Part shown: piece after piece, positions 1 to 12,628 of the stretch | How the letters are laid out: every line of letters begins with the position of its first letter | Numbering within the stretch: position 1 is the stretch's first letter | NCBI GenBank assembly: GCA_036172245.1 | Contig: JAYWIR010000001.1 | Span: 10,602,001 to 10,666,000, forward strand | DNA: 64,000 bases | Reading direction: 5' to 3' | From: Raillietiella orientalis | Taxonomy: Eukaryota | Translations under genes and position numbers: made by a program | The notes under the pieces: model-generated | Told to the model about the DNA's origin: nothing | Database searches by the model: none | The model's input: the letters and a program-made list of their open reading frames with translations, nothing else

Positions 1-1582
1 CTCCCTCCCAGGCAAGATGTTCTCTGTTCTTGGGCGCGGAGCGCGCGGCCGAACTGGGAGGTTTCCCGCTCCCGGTTTCCTGGAGACGCGAGTGGGAAGA
101 AGCAGCTGCACGGCACTGGCGACCCGACTCGCCCCTTCGTGGCTGGACCGGGCAGGCCTCATCTCTTGAACGCCCCAAGTCACAACAGGGAGGGATCCCG
201 GGAATTTCAGGCCAGTCCCCGACAACATTTCCCGCTCACAACTCCTTCCCCAGAAGAAGCTGCTTGCTTCTTGGGGAGTGTGCAGTGGGACGCGCGCGCC
301 CACGGAAGGGGCAAGTGCCCTGACTGCCGTGATCAACCTGACCTGGGTCTTCCCGTCCCCTTCAGACTGGTTGCTAGCCTCTTCCGCCTCCTCCCTTTCT
401 TTTCGTCCTCTTCCCTTCCTCCTTCTCTTCCTCCCTCCTCCTTTCCTGAATCTTCCTTCTCCCTTCCTCCTTATGCCGTAAGCACGCTGTTTGAACGATG
501 ACGTTCGGCGGCGGCCAACAGCGTGCCCTTGGCGAGTGTGCGGTGTGGCCTGGAGGGCGGGAAAAGTGCCCAGAACGGAAAAGGGGGACGATGCAGGCGC
601 GTCTTCCGACAGGGTGGGAAGGCATGCTCTTCCTTTCGTATCTCTGGGAACTCTTCTTTCGACCGTCAGGAGATCGGTCCTCTTCTCTGCCACCTTGTCC
701 CACGGGAATGGCAGTGAAGATATGAAGGCATCAGAGGTACATGTGCGGAGATAGGTAGAACGGTACACACGCGTGAAAGAGGATGAATGGGAAGTGGTAG
801 CGGGAGGATACGTCGGCTGCGAACATCGTGCAACACTGGTGGCTTCCTGGTGGCAAGTGGACAGCAGATCTGTAGCTTCGCAGGAGAAGCTACCTAGGAT
901 CTCTTGTTCCTTTGTCCGTGGAGATTCCAGAGGAATTCCCAGCTGCTTCACTGAGACCCATTTTACGTTATTAATAGCTTTGCTCTCCTCCTCGGAGTGG
1001 CGCCTCTGATTTCCGTCGGCTCTTTCTTTAGCATTCTTTAAAGCCTGAGTTTGCAGGTGCCTTTCCCTGTCGTCACCATGCCCTTCGTCTTCACCTCCTG
1101 CGATAAGTCCAAACTCGCTACTCGAGTATCGTGCCAGAGAGAATTGGAAGACCCGCAAGTCGGGAAGCGCTCCCAGCGCAGAATCGTCTCTCTGCTTTGA
1201 TCGCTGCTGAGGAATCGCGGATGCGCGTTCTTGCGCCGCTCATTTCCTTCCGGGCATGGGGATGGCTACCTGGTCCGCCCGCTGACTTTGGAATGTCGAG
1301 GGGTGAGAGGCTCATGGCTCGCGGACAATGAGAGCGAAAACCGGGGACCACGGACTGTGGCAGCAGCAAATCGTAGATCAAGTTCCAAATTTCACAACCG
1401 CTTCTTCTTCACAGTCACTTCACAGTCAGGATGGTGGAAATCCTTTTGGGTTCTTCTGCTTTCCCTCTAGCTTTCTTTTTTTTTCTTTTGTTGATTCTCA
1501 AAGAGAACTGGAGGAACTGTCCGCCTCTTTGGGGGAGCTCACGAAACTCTTTAAACACTGCCCATGACATTTGAGGGTGTGT

Positions 1583-2200
1583 GTGACTTCAGTGAGGAAG
1601 TAACCCCAGAGGGACCACCCTGTGAATCCAGGAAGGCTCCGGAGGAAGTTCCTCTTACGCTTGGAAGGGAACCTCTTCCTCATTCTCTCCGGGGGGACCC
1701 CTCGGAAAGGGTCTCTTCTCACTTCTTCTCCGAAGGGAACCCGCAGAGGATCCGCTCCTTGTTTACGCCTCTGAAGAGCACCCCAAAGGGACGCTTCCCA
1801 ATTTCTCTGAAGAGTCTCTTCTTGAAGGGAGCAGCTCACTTCACATTCTGGAGAGGTTTTAGTCCACCGGCTCCATGGTACGAAATGGAGGGGGTCTCCC
1901 CCGAGGTGGGGGTATGGCTCCATCTTTCCAGCCGGAGGAGAACCCCGAAGGGCTCCTTGATTCCTGGAAGAACCCCGAAGGGTCAACTTCCATTCTCGGC
2001 CAGTCAACGGAAGTTTCCGGATGTCACCGGTGCCTCCGCACCTGAAGTCTATAACGCCAACTGACGTCATCTTACGGGGAAACTCGAAACTTACGACGCA
2101 CCCTTTTCTCGGAGTCGATCCCTTCCAGGGTAGGATTCGAACCTGCAACGCTTGGTATCGCTCGTGGAGAGCGCAGCCACGCGTCCACCAGCGCGGGCCG
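1583..2200 (-). mobile_element. tRNA-derived SINE, copy A (near full length)
   Basis: B box GGTTCGAATCC (rc at 2133-2143) with A-box-like TGGACGCGTGG upstream. The ~600-bp body aligns by eye with 27242-27995 and 35030-35545 (e.g. CTTCCAGGAA(T/C)CAAGGAGC, GTACCATGGAGC, AAATTGGGAA, CCGGAGAGAAT). Confidence 0.8.
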
Positions 2201-3519
2201 CGAGGCTGCGGTCTCTCGCAAGCCACAGCTAGCAAGTCCCGGGGTCCAAATCCTCCCTGCTCGATTTTCGAGCCACGGGTTCCATTTCTGCAAGAGTTGC
2301 TTGGTGAAAAAGAGATCGGAAGAGTTCTGCACGTGGAGCGAGCTCGCGTCTCCTCAGAGGTCTCCAGAGAACTCTTCTTCACCTATGAATTCGCGGCTGA
2401 ACCTCATGAGCGCGGTTACAATGGCTTCGGAATATCCTTCAAGCGTCCTGAGCGTTTCGAAACAGCGAAGCTGCGAGCGACTTCAAAGCTTAGAATTCCC
2501 TCAGCGCTGCCTCCAATCGGAAGATTTGGCCGTGAGGCTCTTTGAGAATCGACGCGTCTGCTTTTATTTATTTTTCCTTTCTGTTTTGTCCTTTGGTGAC
2601 CCTCTGAAGTGAAGAAAGCTCTTTCCTGCTAGAAGGTTTCTTCTTATTTACAATACAAAAGCCCCTTCAAAGAAAGGAACTTTGCTCATTGATTTCTACA
2701 ACCCCCTCTACGAATGTTCCTTGTAGATGCGCTTTCTCGTGTTTCCCTTGCGATTCATACCACGTCGGTATGCACACGTATTGGGTCGTTTGAACCACCC
2801 CTTCACAAGTACACCCTCCGGCGTACTCAACGCCATCACTTTTGCTGTCGAGGAAATTCAGGTTCCCTCCTTTTCAGTGGTCCTCATGAGATTAAGAATG
2901 CATTCAGCAGGCTGATTTTGACCTTTTCCTGGCAGCTTTCGTCCTCCATCTCCACCCACGCGCCCCTGATGCACAAGCAGCGAACCGTGCCATGTGATCA
3001 GCGACTGCTGTAGAAGGGTTTTCCATCTCTCGTGAAGTCTGTGGTGCAAGAACGAGACGGGGGAAACACCGGCAGCTGTGGCCGTCAAGGAAATTCTTCC
3101 CTAGCGAAAGCAGACGCTGCTCCTGCGTCTCGGAGCAGGATTTTGGGAACACGCTCTGCAGACTGGACTTTGGATCTTTGAGAATTTCGGTGAAGCTCGT
3201 CGACACGGTGACCGAACGCTCGTCGCAAAATACCGTGAGCATGCACGAGTCATCGTGGCGCATGCGAGTTTCCATTTCGTGTGCGCACGTGCGTAGAGAA
3301 GAGCGTAGAGAGAGGAGGAGAGGAAACCGAGTTGACCGTTTTGCGCGGCTCCCAGCCCCGATAAGCTCCAATCCGGAGACCTGGATAGGTAGCAGCCTAC
3401 CAAGAGGTGGCGATATGAACGTTCTGAGGAGGTCGGAAGGCTCGAAGAAAATATGAGCGAGTTCGGCATTGTACGTAATTCTGTAGGGTTCTTGGAGCAA
3501 CAGCCGAAGGAAAAATCTT

Positions 3520-3960
3520 CCCCTCTACCTCCTGCTCCCTTCTTTTTTCTCCTGTTCCTCTCTTCCGCTTTACCCCTTCCTTTCCCTTCTCTTCCTACCT
3601 CCCCCCTCACCTATCTTCCTCCTCCTCCCTTTTTATTTCTTTTCCTCCTGTTCTTTCACTTTCCTTTCTTGCCCTCTTTTTCTTCCTCTTCTGCTTTTCT
3701 CTTTTCTTACGTGTCCTCCTACTACCTTCATTTCTTCCTTGTTGCCTTGCCTTTCCTCCTCCTTACCTACTTTTCTCTTCCTCCCTGGCTCCTCCTCATT
3801 TTCCTCTCCTTCCTTCTCCTCTTCTCCATCCCTTCTTTTCCATCTTGTCACCCTGCTCCTCCTCCCGTTCCTCTCTTCCTCTTCCTCCTCTTATCTTCCT
3901 TCTTCTTTCTTCTTTTTCCTCCCAATTCTCTCTTATTCCCTTTTTTTTCTTCCCTCGTAT
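3520..3960 (+). repeat. CT-rich polypyrimidine tract
   Basis: Almost exclusively C/T over ~440 bp. Confidence 0.9.
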
Positions 3961-5576
3961 ATGCTTTTTCACCCCGTCAGTGCCGCCTCCAAAAGCTGGG
4001 CCGACTTCTACAGTCTTGTTGTGGCTTGGTTTTGATCCTTCCAGACGTTCAGTTGCCACTTGCGAGGAGAGAACTTTCTCCCTCATCTGTTCCAACGCAC
4101 AGTCCTCTAACCTGCTTGTATCTGATTCCAGACCTTCCGATCCCTCCAAGTATACTGCAATTTCTCTTCACAAGGGACTTGTAGGAAGGACTGCACCCTT
4201 CGCCATCTCCAAGGTTCATCTTTCCTGGTCTTCACACGCGTTGGGACCTTTTCGCAGTCTGCGCGACTCACCCTTCGCGTCTCAACCATCCTCTTCTTGC
4301 CACGTTCCTCCCTTGACTCCAGCGGATTTTGTCTACGTGGCTTTGACTTTTTTGGCGGGTCACGCCCAGAGCTGATCGAGTCGAGGGGTGACCGCTCGCG
4401 TGCTCCTGGAAGCAACAATGACAGGGTGAAAAAAAGACACGAGCAGGGAAGGAAAAGGAGAAGATTGTCCGAGGTTGCCCTCAGAGCAGACAAAGAGCAA
4501 GAAAAACACAAGGCACGACTAAAGTCCCTACTTTTAGTGAGCGTGGTCCCGTCTGCTTTTCATCTCGTCCTCGAGAAGGAATCTTTCGAGATCCATGCTG
4601 TAGCGTCCATCTTTGCTCTTCTTCCTTCCCTCTTCCAGAAGTTCTCATCCCTCTCCCTCGGAGCTCCAGTATTGTTGGTGGTGACAGCATCCTTCCATTC
4701 ACTCACTGAGAGCGCTTTCTCTGCAACAAAAGACGTGACTCAAAGCGGGCAGGTCCCCCGTGACCCGCGGCAGCTCTCCCGAACCCGCAAGCAGAAAGGT
4801 CGGCGGAGACGGAAAGAGGAGTGGGCGGGGATGGGACCGGCCTAATCCCAAGATGGAGAGGAGAGGTACAAATCCGGCAGGGATAACGGCAGTTCGGTGG
4901 TGGTGGTGATGAGTTGACGGGGTAAAGGATGACGCCAGCGGTGGTCACGGTGACGGTGGCTTCGTGCTTGATGTCGTCTCTGAGGAGAGACAATGCTGTT
5001 CGTGTCTCCTCCCACTCGCTCTTGGAGTCCCCGCAACGGCGCTTGGATGCAGCTCGCCTTCACAGCTCCCTACTCTCTCCGCGTGGCTGGATTGCTCGCG
5101 TCCATTTCCGCCGCATCTCGCCTCCGTGCTGAGATCCCTCCGGAAGAGGTTTCCTCGCCCCCACTACAGGGGTCAGTTTCTCCGAAAGGCCACAGCGCGG
5201 CGCTTTGCTACCACCGAGCTTCCATCCGCCGTAGATCTTTTTGGTCTCTCTGATCTTGGAGGGTGCCTGATGCACTCGTCAGGATCTCTACCGTCGCCAT
5301 TCCCTCAGAGAACGCTCCTCTTTCCGTCCTCCTGGAGGCAGCAGGAGCAAGGGCCCTCTTTCCTCATGGAGGTTACCGCTCCTTCCCCCCTCTCTTTCTC
5401 TTTCTCTCCTTCCGAAACCGCCCGCATTGCTTCCTCTTCGGGCTCTGGCTACGGCTCTTCCCGTCTCTCTGCCTTCCGCTCACCTCGTCCGATCGGGAGG
5501 TGGGGAAGGGCAACGGAACGACTCTCCCCATGGGGATGATCTAACTCGACCCTGTTCACTTTCCCTGTCTTTCCAG

Positions 5577-6208
5577 AGCTGATCTCCCGCGGCATCATGC
5601 TGAGCGGATCCGCCCTGAGCAGCTGGTCGCTGGTGAAGAATGCACTGGAGGTGAAGGAGTTCGTCGCCAGGCAGTTCAACTGCTCCTCCCGGGACGTGGA
5701 CATCGCCCCATGCCTCCGACAAGTGCCTCTGAACGAACTCTTGAAGACCTCCTTCCCCACCCCTCACTTCCGCTCCTCCCTCGGGCCCTACCCGGACGGT
5801 TCAGTGATCGCCGCGGACATTGAGCTGCGCATGCAAAGGCACGGGGGCGTCTTCCAGTCGGGAGAGCTGTTGCTATGCGTCACGAAATCAGAAAGTTTCC
5901 CCCTGTTTCCTGAAAGCTACGTCACTTCCGGTCTGGACGCGGCCAGGAGGGACGTGATCTTAAGGACGTTTGTCAAAAATAGGTTCCAGTACCACCGGAA
6001 CGAGATTTTCGCCGCCATCCTCAACGAATACACCGACTGGGATCGACCCGCCGACCAGCCATCCGACATCCGGAATGCGCTGCTGCGGGCGATCAGCGAC
6101 GGAGACACCGTTGCCGGGATGACCACGGTCGCCAGGCACCACGCCGGCAGGAACGGAAGGACCTATTTCTGTGTTTTCGAACACGAGACGGTCCGCGAGC
6201 ACCAGGAG
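5577..6208 (+). CDS. Nlg: Neuroligin exon (cholinesterase-like domain)
   Basis: Acceptor ctgtctttccag with CTAAC branch-like site at 5541; donor GAG|gtaggg. Reads LISRGIMLSGSALSSW...CLRQVPLNEL...GPYPDG...NEIFAAILNEYTDWD...RTYFCVF, matching neuroligin motifs (RAILMSGSALSSW, NEYTDW). Confidence 0.93.
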
Positions 6209-6419
6209 GTAGGGGGCGCCCCTCTTCCTCGGACAGGAGGAAGGGAGAGATGCCGACTCCTCTTTTTGCCGGCGCGCAGGATCCCCCTTTCCATCCAGGA
6301 GGAAAAAAAGCACCAGGAGAGAGCGGTCCCTGAGACTTCCTTCCCCTAGCCCCGCCCCCTCTTCCCCTTAACATTACAGAGTGGGGAAGTTACGAGGGCA
6401 ACTGCATGTAAAACGTGGA

Positions 6420-6752
6420 CTTATCCTCCTCTTTCTCCTCTCTTTTATGATGTTCTTCCTTCATCCCTTTATCCTTCTTCTTCTTCTCCTTCCCTCCCCT
6501 TCCTCCCTTCCTCTTTCTCCTTTCTTTCTCCTCTTTCTGTTCTTCTTTCTTCAACCTTTTATCCTTCTCTTCCTCCTTCTCTTCCTCTTCCTCCCCCTCC
6601 CCTCTCTTCTTCCTCTTCCTCCTTCCTCCTCCTCTTTCTCCTTCCTTCTTCCTCTTTTTTCCGTTCTTCTTCCTTCGATCCCTCCTCCTCTCCTTTTCCT
6701 CCTTCACTTCCATCTCTCCTCTCTCCCTCTCTTAGATGCCCTGCCTTTCCCC
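6420..6752 (+). repeat. CT-rich polypyrimidine tract (neuroligin intron)
   Basis: Almost exclusively C/T. Confidence 0.9.
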
Positions 6753-7933
6753 TGAACGTTTGAACCTCCTTCCACTACTTCGTGAATTTCGGGAACGTCT
6801 ACTCTCCCCGCCTGGTAGGAGGAGGGCAGGTAGTGCGCGCACGCTCCGTTCGTTTCTGGACTTCGTCCTCGCCCGCTACAGACCAACCCACGCGGGGGCG
6901 AGGCTGCCACTGGCCCTCGGGAGTCCCATAAATTCTGGAGAAGATGAGAGGATTTGCATCTTGTAGCTCCATGAATTATGTATCCAGGAACGGGGGGGGA
7001 CCACGGATCGTGGGAAGCCTGGATTCGAGGGCCTCCTTCACCGGAGAGCAAATTTTCCGGAGGAAAACCCGCAATCCCCTCGTTTTGGGGAGGAAAACAG
7101 CGGGAAGCGGCGGGAGGCACGGAAAGGGGAGCTGTGTTTGTGTCGGCTACAATCTCTTTAGAGCCCCTTCCCCCCTTCCTCCTACCCGCACCATCGCCGT
7201 CATCATCTTCGCCCGCTCACGGACTCGAGAGAGCACACCGACAGGTTCCCGTGGATAAGCCTGAGGTGCTCCGCGCTCCACGGCTGCACGAGGCGCGATG
7301 CGGGAGATTAGCTCGACGCCACTCCCACACCCTACTCCGCGGCGTTTTCCTGTCGCTGCCGCCGCACGGTTCACGCAGCCGCTCCCCTTGGGTGTCTGCT
7401 GCGTGGTCTCCAAAGTGGAGGCGACTTCGTCTCGCGATGTCTTTCCCAAGCCGGGAGGAAGGGACTTATCTGCGACCGGCCGTGCTCCTCCGAGAGGCAG
7501 GCGTGGGGTCCGATGGGGCCTCAGCAGCTTCCGCCCTTCCGGTAGCGCTGCCCACTGAGGCGCCGCTGCCCTTCCGATCGCCAGAAGGGTGGCGAAAAGT
7601 GGCACTCCCACGGGAGCGAATGCCGTGGTCACCGAAAGGGTCGCCGTCTTCGGCTGGCAGAGGACGGAAGTGCCCGCAGCGCCGACGCCGTTGGCGCTCC
7701 CTGAGGCTGACAGAGGGGCGAGCCATTCTCCGGAGTTGGGAGAGGACACGCAGACTCTGTGACCTGGGGGTCGGCTCCGTCGCGCAGCAGTGACGCGAAG
7801 GTCGCGTCGGGTCTTCGCGCTTGCGGGGCAGGTCGGAGCGGCGCGCTCGGGAGCGCGAGCCTGCAGGGCTCCGGGAGCCCTGTGCCTTCTTCCCTCCTCG
7901 GTGCTCTCTAAGTCCCTCCATTCTCTCCTCCAG

Positions 7934-8085
7934 ATCCTGGGAACCCTTCACGGAGACGACCTGCCCTTCATCCTGGGGATGCCCCTCGTTGACGGAGGGC
8001 TGCTCTTCCCGAAGAACTACTCGAGGGTGGACGTGTCGGTCAGCGAGCTGCTCATGACCTTCGTCAGCAACTTCGTCAAGTCCGG
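7934..8085 (+). CDS. Nlg: Neuroligin exon
   Basis: ttctctcctccag| ... GG|gtaagc. Reads ILGTLHGDDLPFILGMP...NYSRVDVSVSELLMTFVSNFVKSG (cf. HGEELPYVFG and NFAKTG motifs). Confidence 0.93.
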
Positions 8086-10111
8086 GTAAGCGGCTGACCG
8101 CCTCATCCAGGTCGGCTCCCTGTCTGCCCTACTCCCGCCGCCGGAGTCAGCCGCGCTCACCCATGCGCCCCCGCCTCCAGGGGGGTTGAGCTGGAAGGGG
8201 GAAGGAAATCGGTCCTCCCTCCCCCTCCTCCATCAACCTCTACTCCCAGTTCCCACGGGAACGGACGGCGGGACAATGCCGAGAAACGGGAGACGGAGAG
8301 AACCCGGGATTTCTCGTTCGGGGAGGAGTAGGGGAAGAGGGAGGCGGAAGGAAAGGGGAGAGGAAGAGGAGACGATGGAGAAGGGGGTGGAACGGGAAGG
8401 GACGTTGGAAAGGAGGGGAGGCGCGCGTTCCGGCACCCATCCCTGGTGGAAGCGCGTACGGGGAGCCGTTCACACATTGAGGTGGCGGCACCGTTAGAGG
8501 AGGAAGAAAGCCCTCTCGGATCCCTGCCTCCAGTCGTTCGGACGAGGGCACGTGAGATAGGTTCGCCCATCCGCCGCCACCCGCAAGCGCCGCTTTCTTT
8601 GAAGCGGAGGCGCGCCCAGCAGGGAGCGCGTGCACTCTTCAACTTGAAGAGGGACTTCCTCCTCCTCCTCCTTTTCCTCCTCCCTCCATCCCCGTCCCCC
8701 GGCATCTCCTCCCGGGGTCGTTTGAGGATGGAAATTTGAGCTATGATCCCTCCCCCCTTCACGGTTTGCTCCCGCTTGATTTGCGGGAGGCAACCCTTCC
8801 GCAGGAGGACGGAGGCGCGACCTGACGCCGCTGACTCGATCGAAAGAGGGGAGACCTCGGCCGCCGTCCACAGGTGCACGATCCCTGCCCGAAAAGCTGG
8901 CAGACGGAGACCAGTGCGACGCCCCTGAAGGGAGCGTTCCAGCAAATTCAATCTGCGAACCTCCAGGGCAGGAAGGGGATGGAGTGAAATTTTCTCCCGG
9001 AGCCGCGCACTCCGGAAGCTGCGCCATCGCATTCCGGGAACGCCCAGCCGAGCTCCGGAAACTTTTCGATGACCTACTCCTCCACTTTCGACCACACCTG
9101 GAGGCTTTCATCCGGAAGAGGGGGTCGAGAGAACCTTGAACGGTTCGAGCGCTAGTGCTGGCTCCCCCTCTGACGCGGTTGGCTCGCCTACAGTTTCTGG
9201 ACCACTCCTCTCAGCCATCCCCTGGCGAGCGCCAGCTCCGAGGAACCCGACGACGGAGGCGAACCGGCGAAGACCAATGGCGGGGTTTCTTCCGGTTTCC
9301 TAGCAACGCTGCAGTCCGTCGCGACATTGTCCACCCTCTCGGCTATCCGAGCGTGCTTTCCCGCCTCTGTACGCCGCTGGACCACGGATTCCCCTGCTGC
9401 CCCTAAGGGAAGGAAAGCAAATTCAATCAGGCGTGCGTCCGTTTCCCGGGATCCGCCGTTCTCGGAGCGAGGAGGGGAGAGATCGAGCGACCTCGGCTGA
9501 CTGACAGCTGACAGTGCTTGATGAGCCCTAGGACCCGGGAAGCATCCCCGGCATGCCATCGCTGTCACTTTGGATGTCGGGAGCTGCGAGGGTTTCCTTG
9601 AGGATTCTGACGCCGCGCGAAGCCGGTCGCTTGCCGACGAAGCCTCCGCGGCTCGTCCTCTCTTGCCGACCTCCGCTTTCCTCGCCTTGCTCATTCCGAG
9701 CTTACTCGGAGTAGGAGATGCCAAGGACAACCACCCAGCGTCCCTTCGGCCCAGCCTGCATTTGAAAAATTCCGAAACGATGGCGACCTGAACCTTCCAG
9801 TCCCCTTGTGACTGGTCGCCAGCTTCTTGCTCCTCCTTCCCCTCCTCCCTTCCTCCTCCTTCACCTCCCTTTTTCTCTTCCCTTTCTTCTCCTTCCTTTT
9901 TCCTTCTTTCTTCCTCCTCCTCCTCCTCTGCCTCCGCCGCCGCCACCAAAGAGGTCACAGCGCCTGCACTTCCGCAACGTCTCGCAAGCACTGTGCAGCA
10001 GCTGGTCTTCTTCGAATGGGTTTCCAGGAAACAGAACGTAACGAGGGGCTTTTTCGTCTGACCTGACCGCATCGGTCCTGATCCTCTGGCTGAACTCTCG
10101 TCTCTTTCCAG

Positions 10112-10227
10112 AAGCCCGAACGAACCCATCCCTCAAAAGAACCTGCATATCCTCAAGGATAGATCCAAGTACAAGAACCTGGAATGGCCCGAGTACACTG
10201 TGGAGGAGCAGAAGTACCTCAGCCTCT
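10112..10227 (+). CDS. Nlg: Neuroligin exon
   Basis: tctctttccag| ... T|gtaagt. Reads SPNEPIPQKNLHILKDRSKYKNLEWPEYTVEEQKYLSL (GxPN...W..Y....KYL motif); phases fit both neighbours. Confidence 0.92.
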
Positions 10228-11639
10228 GTAAGTTGGACGCGGCCTTCTCCGCCGCTTGCTTCCCTTTGGCCGGATCTGGCGCCACTTGGCGCGCTCTAGA
10301 TCTGGCCCCCTTTTCCGAGCTCGCTATCTTCCTGGAACCGGGGACACATGGGAAGATTTCGCGCCCATCCTTTAGGCGCACAGCTCACAGGATACACCCC
10401 TCGGGGTCTGCGAACGCTGTGCTGCCGACTTTCCGAACAGCACTTTAGATGCCATCAGGACGCACGAGACCTGACGGGGAAAACAGGAGGTGCTTCCTGA
10501 GATATATGAGGCACCTCGGGCGCCTGACCATGGCTCCTTCCCCCTCTTAAATGGGAGTCTTCATCTGCAGAGGGGGGAGGAAGGGGTTGGATCGAGGGGG
10601 ACTGGGATGCGAGCCAAAGGAGGAGAATTGGGACTCTCCCTCTTTCGCAATCGGCACTTGCAGACTCCTCCTCTGGGAAGCAGGAAGGGCAGGGGTCATC
10701 TTGGTCCGCAAGATGAGGACCCCCCATTCGGCATCCCAGGACGTTCTTCCCGCGCAAATCCTCGAGCGAATTCGCACGACTCGTGTTAGGCACATTCCCT
10801 CATTCCTGCCCTTTCCCGCCCCGCCTTCTCCATCGTCTCCTCTTCCTCTTCCATTCCCTTTCCCCTCTGGAGAACTTCTGGTCCCATTGTATCCTCATTT
10901 TCATCCTCTCGCAGCTTCCCTTCCCCTAATGAAATTCCAAAGCATCCAGAAAATCGATAGCTGCATTTCGAGCGGGAAGCGAACGCGCGGATGCTGCGGA
11001 CTCACAGAAGGGTCGGTGGAACCTTCGCAGACCGGCGACCCTTCCACCCCTCGCAGGGAGACCAAGGGAAGAACCTGTCAGCAGCGGAGATGACGCCGGC
11101 TTCGGATACCCCAGAAGGGAGGGCAGGAAGACGGCTTTCCCATGCTCCACTAGATCCCAGAGGGCACCATGGGAAGAAGGGCGTCCGGTAAAGGGGGCGA
11201 GTTTGCCCGCCTCACGGCATGCGCTGCGCTCGCTTTAGGCTCGCAGGACAGCCGCCTCTCCGTCAGCTCAGACGCCTCAGGAGATTCCCTGCGTGCTCCT
11301 CCGGAAGTTGCGACTTCGACCCTCCGGAAGCACAGGCGGGCGTCCTGTCCTTCGCAGCAGTACCCGGAGGGCGCGGCATTCGGCGAAGTTCGCCTGCGAG
11401 ACGCTCGGGGCGCTGATGCCTCTGGCGTCCTGGAGCCCCTCGGGAACGTCGGCGGTGCGGCCTAACCTTCTCTAGACGCTGTGCTCCATCTCTGGAGCTC
11501 GGAGCGCCATGCAGGGGGAGTTCGGTAGTCCCTCCCCACGGTTTGTTCACTCGTACCTTCCGGACCTCCTGAACGGGAGGGGAAAGGAAGAGACGAAAGA
11601 GAAAGGAGAAGAAAGAACAGGAAGAGGAGAAAGCAAAGT

Positions 11640-11983
11640 CCTTTTGCCTTCTTCTCCTTCTCTTTTGCTCTTCCTCCTTCTCTTCTATCTCTTTTTTCTT
11701 TTCTTCCCTTTCTTCTCTTCTTCTTCTCCAACTTTACCCTCTTCATTCTCCTCGCCCTCTATTCCTCTTCGCCTCTTCTTCCTCCTCAACCTTTTTCTTC
11801 TTCTTTCTCCTCTTTCTTCTCTTCCCTCCCTCCTTTTCTCTTCTTCCTTTTCCTTTTTCTCGCTTCTACCTATTCCTCCTCATCCTTTCCTCTCTTTTAC
11901 CTCCTCTCTTCCTCTTTCACCCTTCCTCCCCCTATTCCCTTCCTCCTCCTCCTCCCTTTCCTTTCCTTCTTCCCTTCCCTCCT
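11640..11983 (+). repeat. CT-rich polypyrimidine tract preceded by a GA-rich tract (11576-11638)
   Basis: Directly visible composition. Confidence 0.9.
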
Positions 11984-12628
11984 AAACGCAAACCGCACTC
12001 CCTGCCGAACGCCAAGACCGCGCCTCTTCACAACCCCCAGCCGCGTTTCTCACCGCGGTCTCCGGAAATGGCTCTCAGGAAAAAGCATCAGGGTAGTCGG
12101 GTGCGATCTCAAAGCACAGGGGACACCCTACCCTTTTTGAGGGGGCTCGTTGAGTATCGAATGCAGGGGTCTGCACGCTGCTGAGATACGCGGGTAGTCG
12201 TGAAGCCATGGAGCTACACATTCGGGAGGGAAAAAAAGAGGAGAAAATGATCAGACAGGGAAGTTCCGGGAAAGTGTCGTGCAGATCCCTTGCCCTTCCC
12301 ACCTCTTCTGCAACTCCATGCCTTGCCGTTCCTTGCAGCGTTCTTCCCCGCTCCTTGGTGGTCCTATTTAGCTTTTTGTAGTGTCTCCTCCGCGCTTCTG
12401 CCTCCCAGTCTCAGCAGCGCTCACTGCCTCTCTTCCCTGTCTCTTCCTTATCCTCTTCCTTTGCGTCTCCTCCGCCTCTCTTCCTCCTCTCCACTCGCTC
12501 TTCCTACCAATCCTTATCCCTTCCCACTCTTCATCATCCTTTTCTCCCTTTTCCTTGCTTCTCGTCCATCCTCGTTCACGGGAACCGTATCCTGGCCTAT
12601 GCTTGAAAAGGCTTCCGTCTGCTTGCAG

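Noticed and set aside
2904..3500. LLLQEPY start resembling a LINE endonuclease motif
   Set aside because: Single short motif with no supporting downstream APE motifs.
3453..4184. Hydrophobic L/F/S/P-rich ORFs (also 6381, 11509, 16621)
   Set aside because: Translations of CT-rich tracts, not membrane proteins.
4885..4985. FGGGGDELT...GHGDGG resembling the neuroligin FGGDP..VT..GHG exon
   Set aside because: Interrupted by a stop and frame change, sits in GGT-rich low-complexity sequence, and lacks suitable splice sites.
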